DNA of 64,000 nt, taken from the human T2T-CHM13v2.0 reference genome, Homo sapiens. Numbering within the stretch: position 1 is the stretch's first letter; each line of letters opens with the position of its first letter. A model generated the notes under the pieces. That model ran no database searches and was not told the DNA's origin. It saw nothing but the letters and a program-made list of their open reading frames with translations. Where the stretch lies: the NCBI RefSeq assembly GCF_009914755.1, contig NC_060926.1; one strand, written 5' to 3'. Both the position numbers and the translations under genes were made by a program. Shown here piece by piece: positions 54,285-64,000 of the stretch.

Positions 54285-54998
54285 GGATTGATAATATACA
54301 ATTCAGAAGTGACTTCCGTAGAGCATAGTATGGGGTTAATTTCAAACTCTATCTGGACATTTTATTTTAGCATATATCACAGCCAGAGCTTGTGTGCTTG
54401 ATCTCCTGTGCTGAAATTATGCTTTTCCAGGAGACAAATGTGCAGCCAAGGGTGAGAAGCACTATCCTACTGTTGCAGGAAAGTGTTCTGGGATTTCTTG
54501 GAGGAAAGGAAGGAGGGCGAGGTCTGAGCAGGTCAGGCTCAGAGCCACATATCACGGCTTGAACCTGAGCATCTCTGTTTTTGTCTTGTTTATATCGTGG
54601 GTCTCTGCCTCAGGTTTCTGGAAAAGAAAGGGCTCTGTTGCTGCAGAAATAAGTGTGAAAACCACTGTCTTAAAGTTCTTAGATGTCAAGAGTCCACAGG
54701 GTTTTTGTGTCAAGAAAACTATTTCTCAGCATCATCTTCAGGGTTACCTACTGGCACTTTGGTTACTGAAGTTCTTACGTGCAATTGCTGAAAAGCAAAG
54801 AATTGCTGGAATTAGAAAAATACCATAATTTAACGAAAGTGTCAATGAATACCATAAACTCAGAGTTTACAGGAGCCTTCACATATTCATACACTGCATA
54901 TTTATTGTCTACTATGTTTTAGATGCTGAGGATACACCTTGAAGTTGACAGACAAGGTCTGGCTTTTAGGAAGTTTCTATTCTATTAAAATACAATTT

Positions 54999-55136
54999 AA
55001 TCAGGCACAGTGGCTCACACCTGTAATCCCAACACTTTGGGAGGCCCAGGTGGGAGGATCACTTGAGTTCAGGAGTTTGAGACCAGCCGGGCAATACAGT
55101 GAGACCCCATCTCTAAAAATAATAATAAAAATAAAA
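54999..55136 (+). mobile_element. Free left Alu monomer (FLAM_C-like)
   Basis: Single left arm ggaggatcacttgagttcaggagtttgagaccagc followed by A-rich tail. Confidence 0.82.
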
Positions 55137-55149
55137 TTTGTAGCATGCC

Positions 55150-55518
55150 ATTGATTTGCACTGGGTTCCTAGCCCAACAGCTCAAACCAATATGTGGTAA
55201 TTCATGCTAAATGAAACAAATTAATTTAGAAGTATACTCATGTAACAAACAGCTGAACTTCAGTCAATGGTAGGTGGTCAGCTGATTCAAGTAAGACAAA
55301 ATGCTGAGCTATAACTAAGTTGTTCTTTTTACCTCACTTCCCTTTTCTGTCCATAAATGCTGCTGTCTGATCATGTAGCACACAGAAGCTCTTTGACCCT
55401 GTTCTGGTTCTGGGGGCTGCCAGATTCACTTCACTAATCATTTTTGTTGTTGTTTTTTGGGTTTTTTTGCTCATAGAAACTCTGATAAATTTAAACTTGA
55501 GATTTTTCCTTTTTAACA
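55150..55518 (+). mobile_element. ERV1 MER4-group LTR remnant
   Basis: tacctcacttccc...ctgtccataaatgc...tctggttctgggggctgcc...aaactctgataaatttaa...ttttaaca. Confidence 0.55.
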
Positions 55519-57296
55519 ATTCTAATGGGGAAGACAAGCAAGGGACAAATGTATAAATGAGATAATATGCATAATACACATCTTTCATTCTCAGGCCTGT
55601 CTGCATGGAGCCCTGTAGAGGAGGGGCTCTGCCAGGTGGTGCTCCTGCTCAGTCCCCCCTGCTTCAGAAGAGTCACTTTCCTTTCTAGCAAGGCCGGCGG
55701 GTCCTCTGCAGCTCAGTCCATGGGGGTCAGCTGGCATGTGCCACTACTGCTGCTGCTGTGGCCCCCTGTCCTCAGAAGCTTATCTGAGATCTGATGGAGT
55801 CTGAGAACCAGCTTGCCTTTGAGGGGCACCCAGAGGTCTTGGTTTCTCTACATCAGAAGGGTCCTTTGCTAATGAGGAGTTCACCTTGAGAGGTCTTTAC
55901 CTCCCCAAGGCTACTTGGCTTCCATACATTTTTGAAGTATCCAAAAGCCCATCCTGTGAGAGATGATCACTTAAACACATCTTGTTGCTTCATATCTGCA
56001 ACCTCAGATATCCAAGCCATTAGAGGTGTTCTGGGATTCACCCTAGAAAGAGGATTCCTGAATGTGTCATTTCTGTATGTGTCTGAATAAACAGTCACAA
56101 ATGATTAGAGCTTACTGGGTATACTAATATATCCCACAGTCTGATTTTAAAGCTACAGATAGGTGTTAATGTAGAGAGACACCATCTATAATCCGATGAA
56201 TGAATTGAATGAATATATAAGAAAAAATTTGTAATAAGCACATCAGTGTTAGCATACACATGAGAATGTCAAAGGTAGTTCAAACTCCGTTTAAACAATC
56301 TGCTCTCCTAAACATTGCCTTGTTCTTAATATCCTTTTGTAACCTCAGTAAAAAAAACAAACAAAAAAATACCACCTATCTCCTATGGATATAAGCACAA
56401 ATATCAAATGAATAAGCTGAAAATTAATGAGTTTTCTTTTTCTTTAAATGGCTATACAAAAGCTTCAGTCTTCCCTTGTCAAATCATCAGGAATTTCAGG
56501 CACATAACTTTCATTCTGATGGGTTCATCTCACAGAATAAAAGACTTGCTTATAAAACAGCATTATTTTCTTCTCTTATTGAAAAATGTGTACACACTTC
56601 AAAGTTAAAAACAAAAGTTTCTTAAAGCACAAAGAAGCAACTTAAAATCACTCCAAAATTCTTAGCTAAAATACAAAGATTAATTATATGGAGTCTTTCC
56701 TTCCAGTCTTAAATGTTATATTTTTACAGGAATAACAATTTTTGCTAAGAACCTGAACTAGCACACATCAGGACAGAGTTGCATAATTAGTGGCTTGGAA
56801 AAAGATAGCAGTCACTCTTTAGCTACCAAATTGGCAAGATCAGAAATGAATGGCACCATAAAGATCTCACGTCTTTCATTAATGCTTAAAGCTGAGACTT
56901 TATTTATAAGGAGATTCTAAATTCCAGGCCAGTCTCACCGGGCTGTCCTTGATAGAGGTAGCCTGTTTGTCATGTTAATGAAGAGAAAATTTCCAGTTCT
57001 GAGTTCCACAAAGACTGTTCTCCCCCACCTACAGCTAAAGAGGGAGAAAAATGTCAGCAGGTAAGGGGTAGAATTGGAGTGAACCACTTCCTTACCTTTG
57101 GGAGCAGCTGGCCTAATGTCAATGTCAAGGGTGGGGCAGTTCCAGCTCCATCAGAGGTGACTGCACCATGACAGGCAATGCTCATAGGCAAATCCACAGC
57201 TCAGCACTTGACAGGCTGGAATATTATCTATCCCAGTGCTTCTCAAACTGGAGCAGCATCAGAATCCTGGCAGAGGGCTTTTAAAGCACAGATTGG

Positions 57297-57463
57297 GGCC
57301 AGGAAGGGTGGTTCACATCTGTAATTCCAGCACTTTCGAAGGCCGAGGTGGATCACTTCAAGCCAGGAGTTGGGAACCAGCCTGGGCAACATAGCAAGAC
57401 CCTGCCTGTACTAAAATATATATTTAAAATTAAAACACACACACACGCACACACACACACTCA
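57297..57463 (+). mobile_element. Left Alu monomer (FLAM-like) with (CA)n tail
   Basis: Monomer then aaaa(ca)n; TSD cacagattg at 57287-57295 and 57464-57472. Confidence 0.8.
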
Positions 57464-57497
57464 CACAGATTGCTGAGCCCCACCCCAGGGTTTCTGA

Positions 57498-57896
<399 letters not shown>

Positions 57897-57934
57897 TGAG
57901 AACCACTAGTCTATCCTGATGTTTGCACTGTTTA

Positions 57935-58175
57935 ACATAGAAGTTCAAAACCCGGGCTTTACAGTCTGTCAGACCTGGTTTTTATTCCTAATTCCATCAA
58001 TTAATAGCTATGTGAACTTGGGCCAGTAACTCAATTAATCTGAGCCTCTATTTTCTCACAAGTAGAATAGGAATAATTGCAGGGTTGTTCTAAGAAATGG
58101 ATCATGTAATGTGTAAGTGCTTACACTTATGAAGCATTGCCAGCTTCATAATAAACATTTAATACATGATTATTA
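57935..58175 (+). mobile_element. MIR
   Basis: cagacctggttt...tagctatgtgaacttgggccagtaact...tctgagcctc. Confidence 0.72.
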
Positions 58176-61153
58176 GTCTTTCTATTCAAGCCCTACCTCA
58201 ACACCCTCCTGGAATCTTTCTGCACCTGTTCCTATTGATCTCTTAGTCCTCTAAAATGTTGGTTCACTTGCTTTCCAACCCGCTCTGTGGTAAGGAAACT
58301 CCATTTCCCCACCCCCATAGAGCCTCCCGACTCCACTAGCAAGTGGGTAATCCTCTGCTGCCACCTTGTGGCCTTCCTTCGCCTCACGCATTGCAGGCTA
58401 ACCTTGTCAAGGTGGCGTTTCTGGGACTGCAATCCAGTAGCTGAGCATAAGCAAAGGAGCCAGACGTGGTGCCCGCTCAGTCTGCTCAGTCGATGTGAGG
58501 ACTGTGAGGAAGGGTTCCCAACAGGACAGTCCGAAGGACACCCAAATCCTGAGGGCTACAGAATAACAGAAAGGAGCTGGAATCAGCACCAGGAGAGCAG
58601 GAGAGCGACCTGGCTGTGATCTCAGGTGAGTCTAGAGGCCCCGCTGAGCTCACTCAAGGCCTGGCCAGTGCCCTTCTATGCAGGACCCCAGGACACCTGC
58701 CTGTAGACATTTCTGAGGATTCCAGGGATCTCGAGCATATCCCTTCAGATCCCTCTTGCTACTGAGGTGGCCAAAGTCATGTGTGTCTAGGACAAGGCTA
58801 TTAGAGGGTCCCCAGTAGTCCCATGTTGAGACCATAGTCCCAACTCCGAATGAAGACTGTTCATTGTAGCTGGTTTGGAATAGAAACCCAGTACTTCGGT
58901 GAAGAAAGCAGCAGGACAGAGCGATGTGAGCAATGAAATGAAGACTCAAGTTGCTCTTGTCTTTTATTCCCATTACTCCTTTTCCCTGGTACAAGTGTCT
59001 TAATGAGGGGGGTTGACAGCTCGATGGTGGGGGGTGGGTACAAATACAAACGGTATTTTTTTTTTTCAGGGATAGTAGGAAACACCTCTTTCCAGGAGCA
59101 CATCACACCTGAGGTTCACGGTAGTGATAACTCTCTCCCCTCCTTGTGTTCTCATCCCTTAGAGCAATGAACAATGAACCAGAAGGTAGGGTGGAGAGTG
59201 AGGATGACACCTGGGATGGCAGCCACAGACCAGGAAGGCTGAGCTGGGAAATTGGTGCATTTTTTGGCTTCTCTCTTTAGAACATGGGTTATTTGGGGCC
59301 TTTTCATCCTCATTTTTGGGCCCCCAGGCACCAATTCTGAGAAACAGGAAAAGTTGCACTCAGCATCTCCTCCCTAGACCATGCAATCCGGCACACACTC
59401 AGACCCCTGAAAGAAATAAAAAGCAAAGCATTCCGATCCTTCTCCAGGGGATGGCATTTGTTCTCCTTCTGCAGAGGCTCATTTTAGATTTGCCTCAATG
59501 TAATATGCATAAGAAGTTAAGTCACCAGGGGCACCCCTTCCCCTCTCTAGAAGAAAGCTAAGACAAGGAAGGGGTTAAACAAAGGAGTAGGGCAAAACAG
59601 ACACAGGCAGAGGAATGTAAGTTCTGCTGGTGAATCTGGGAGTAGGGGGGGTTATCTACCAACAATTTTCTACCCCTTAACCAGACATAAGCCTTGAAAA
59701 TTGACTTCTTTAAGGCATTTAATCATGCTATCTCACTTATTATAAAGCATGCAACAGTTTGACCAAGGTCTTTTTTACATTCATTAATTCACATGGGTTT
59801 TAAATCTTGCAACAATTCTCTTGCATTGGTAGAGCAAACATCACTTATTCACTGATAAGAAAAATGGAAGCTCCAAGATACTAAATGGCTTGTCCAAAAT
59901 CACAGAGCATTAGTCTCTCTCCGAGGGCAAAGTATTTATATCCAAAACTATAAACTTATACAGCATCTAGCTAGTTAACCAGCTTCAAGCACTTCAAGCA
60001 AGGCCTTGAAGGAATAAGGAATAGGGAGTGTGTGAACATTGTGCATATAAGTTTGGGTGAAGGAAGCAAAGTTGCAGAATCAAGACTGATGTGCAGGAGA
60101 GTGGCTTGATTTGCTAGCAGTGGGCAGTCAGAAAGGAATATGACTCCTGGGTGCTGGGACAGAAGGTGAGTGGAAGCTTTGTAGATTATCAACCAACAGA
60201 AGGCAAACTCTTCATTTACCTTATTTTACTTTTCCTCCTCATATAGATCCAAGTATGCCCAGTTGCACCATGGGAAAAATCTCTTCTCAAAGCCAAAACT
60301 ATCTGAGGTGGGGGAAAAGATCCTAAAATACTTTTAACCATTTTTGTGTGGTTCTAACTTGTCTAAGCAGCAAAGAAACTTTCCTTTGTTAACTCGGGGG
60401 CGTCAAAGCCAGCTTTGTTTTCATGCCTAGTATTGATTTGGATCCTCCGGGGGGGGTCTCTTGACATCTCTCCACACCTTGCCTGATGAAGCCAGCAAGT
60501 CCAATAGGCTTCTCACTCACTGACAGACTGAGATGTTCAGAGCCCCTGTCTGGCATAACAAAACCTCTCTAGGGCAGAGTGAGGAGCTGAATGCCAAATC
60601 TCCACACAGGGCTTATGAGATCCTTCTGACATCATCATTTTTCTAGCCTGGAGAAAGGACTGGTGAAGGGAACACAGGACTTTTGTGTTCTCTGCTCCTA
60701 ACAGACATAAACTCTTGAGAGGCAGCCCTTCACCGTGCGCTCCCTGAAAGAGGCTAGGCTGGACCAGCCATCAACCATCCTAGTTCCCAGCCTGACCCTG
60801 CCCTCCACAAGCTAGGTTACTCTGCCACTTCCCTTCTGGCCTCAGTTTCCACATCTGTCCAACAAAGGCTGGATGGAAGATTTCTAAAGCCCTCCTCAGC
60901 TGTCTTTTCTCTTTGGTGCTATGACTGGTTAAATTCCTCATTTCTTTCATACCTGCCTTTGACACAGTGTTTAGGTTTTCAGCCATTAAACCCTGGTGTG
61001 TCTGAAGGAGTAGCAAGGAGAGATCAGCCAGCCAGAGGGTTTCAACAAAAATACCTCACATGCTTGACAAATATTTACCAGCCAAAATGATATAAACTTA
61101 TTCTACATACAAAGTCTGATGTTTTCACAATATAATACTCAAAAGTGGTTTTC

Positions 61154-61809
<656 letters not shown>

Positions 61810-62364
61810 CTAAGTGTGTACTCTTGGGGCGCTCGTTTAGCTTTGTGGGCTAGGGATTATGGTGCATTATCTGATAAATTAGAGGAAAATTTTACTTTAT
61901 CTGAGAAACATATTTGCAGCCAGTCTCAGACACACTAAGTCACAGAAGAAAGAAGAATCAAAATAAAGAGAATTCTGCTGTCAGCTGTTTCCCCTCTTGC
62001 TTTACCTAAAAAAGCAGCCATCTGTGCCCTGAGGCAGACATGGCAGAATGTGCTTACTCAACACCTGACCCCCGACTCCTGACCCCTCAAAACACACACT
62101 GGGAGCTTAGAGCCTGCCCCCAGGCTGCCTCTCCCCACCCTTTACTCCTCAAAATACATACTGAGAGGGAAGGGGATGCCTGCAGCTGGTCCAAACTGCT
62201 TCTCTTGGACTAAGATATATTTACCCGGGGGTGTCAACAGCGTGGGAGTGGAGAGAGCAGGCAAAGGGGAGCAGGGAGGTCCTATGGCCTTGCAGAGGAC
62301 AAAACCACAAATCCCTGGCAAGTGACCTGGGTTTTAAGACCAAATGAAGCAAGGCATTTATATT

Positions 62365-62510
62365 TTTACATTTTTAATGGACAAATAGTAATTGTGTATC
62401 TTTATGGGGTACAATGTGATGTCACAATATATGTATACACTGTAGAATGATTAAATCCAGCTACTCAGCACACACATCATCTCACATACTTAGCATTTAT
62501 TTATGGTGCA
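62365..62510 (-). mobile_element. L1MA-class 3' end fragment
   Basis: taattgtgtatctttatggggtacaatgtgatg...tatgtatacactgtagaatgattaaatc. Confidence 0.72.
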
Positions 62511-62567
62511 GGCAAGGCGTTTAACCTCAGTTTTGTCATCCATAAAATAGGAATAAAAATAGCTATC

Positions 62568-62841
62568 GTGAATAGTGCCGCAATAAACATATGTGTGCAT
62601 GTGTCTTTATAGCAGCATGCTTTTTAGTCCTTTGGGTATATACCCAGTAATGGGATGGCCGGGTCAAATGGTATTTCTAGTTCTAGATCCCTGAGGAGTC
62701 GCCACACTGACAGCATGGCACATGTATACATATGTAACTAACCTGCACATTGTGCACATGTACCCTAAAACTTAAAGTATAATAATAATTAAAAAAAGGA
62801 AAAAGAAAAAAAAGAAAATAAACAATAAACAATAGTGAAAA
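62568..62841 (+). mobile_element. Young L1 (L1PA2/3-like) short insertion with 5' inversion
   Basis: 62568-62711 is antisense L1 ORF2 3' sequence, 62711 onward is sense 3' UTR end (gtaactaacctgcacattgtgcacatgtaccctaaaacttaaag) plus A-rich tail; TSD aaaaatagct(a/g)tc at 62555-62567 and 62842-62854. Confidence 0.92.
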
Positions 62842-63894
62842 AAAAATAGCTGTCACACAGGACAGTTGGGTTTCTCCTCCCTTCCTCACACTCCAAGCAG
62901 TGCCTGGCAGAGGGAAATAATTTGATCCACATTTAGTGAGTAAACTTCACATTTTGTCCAGAGCCAGGTTGAAGCCCACAGATAAAATCTCGTTATCTTC
63001 CCCTGGAGGCTCTCTCTCTAAAGCTGAAAGATGAATCCAGGGTACATCAGTTGGGATTTTACCTAGGTCTGTAGCTCCTGTGTCATCCTTTTCTCTTTTG
63101 TAGATCTCAGGCCTCCCAGCAGAAGCCTGTGTTTTCCAAAACAGAAGACAGATGAAAAGACCCGCAGGCTACAAAGAGGGCAGATGCTGCCCTTCTGAGA
63201 GAACGGCCTCCTCTCGCGTCTACGGAGCCCACAGTTCTCATTGTTCTGGATGTGGGGTAGAAGATTCCTGTGTGGTATAAATGTGCCATCTCACATCAGT
63301 CACAGGATAAATGTGGGCTCTCAAGTGCCAGATTTTATCTAAGGGACAAAAATGAGAGGAAGAGAGGAAGAGGGAGAGAAAGCTCCAGCCTCCCCCCTGC
63401 CAAAGCCTCAAGAATCAGCAATTTTTGCCTTTTGCCATTTGATTGACTTTAAGTCACCATTTAGAAGGGAAAACAGAACATCAACAGGAAAACCTTGAAC
63501 CACCTGTAACCCTTCATCTGGAGCTAAAAATGAATTTTATTTCACTCTCTCACAGCAGCCTGCAGGTAGAAGCAAGGTCTCTACTTCAAAGGGACTGAAG
63601 GAAAGATGGGGTGATTCTTCAGAAAGCCCCACACAACCAGGCAGGGCTCCATTCAATAATATAACTGCAGGAAGAGATATACTCTTGTTCTCTGGCTGGA
63701 CCTCATGGTGATATGGTTGTTAGTAATGAAAAAGCAATAGTCCTGCTAATTTCCTTTAATTCAACTCACCTGTTTTCCTAGTAACTAAAGCCACAGATAA
63801 TTATCTCCTTTGCCTGGAAAGCTCCTATTTCCCCTCCACCTTCCTTTGAAGTCTTCCCTAACTCTGGTTCCACTGTGCTCCCAAACCAGTAATG

Positions 63895-64000
63895 GGGCAC
63901 TGCTCAATGAAAATATAATGTTAGCCACAAGTAATTTTGAATTTTCTTGTAACTACATTTTAAAAAGAACAAAGAATCAGATGAACCTAATTTTAATACT
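63895..64000 (+). mobile_element. MER33/MER3-like hAT-Charlie element, cut by window end
   Basis: gcactgctcaatgaaaatataatgttagccaca...taattttgaattttct...acattttaaaaag. Confidence 0.65.

Overview
Primate (very probably human) intergenic DNA dominated by interspersed repeats; no prokaryotic genes, CRISPR arrays or tRNA/rRNA genes are visible. The only gene-like feature is an intronless retrocopy of the X-linked mitochondrial outer-membrane gene FUNDC2 (about 33945-35136, + strand; from memory probably FUNDC2P2, not verified). Its two disabling lesions both lie upstream of the second Met, leaving an intact 151-aa ORF behind a CpG-rich, promoter-like 5' end. Other main features: a full-length but dead L1PA5-like LINE-1 (5747-11936) nested in an older L1MA, with an antisense ORF0 that reads through into the flank; a twin-primed 5'-inverted young L1 fragment; about a dozen Alus, several with clear TSDs; a triple-nested LTR stack (MER21 > LTR18 > MER11); a 4 x 87-bp minisatellite; and a 102-bp dispersed local duplication. 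Repeat subfamily names and parental protein comparisons are from recalled consensus sequences and need RepeatMasker/BLAST confirmation. I see no convincing wholly new biological system; the best leads are the possibly functional FUNDC2 retrogene, the extended ORF0 and the 87-bp repeat.
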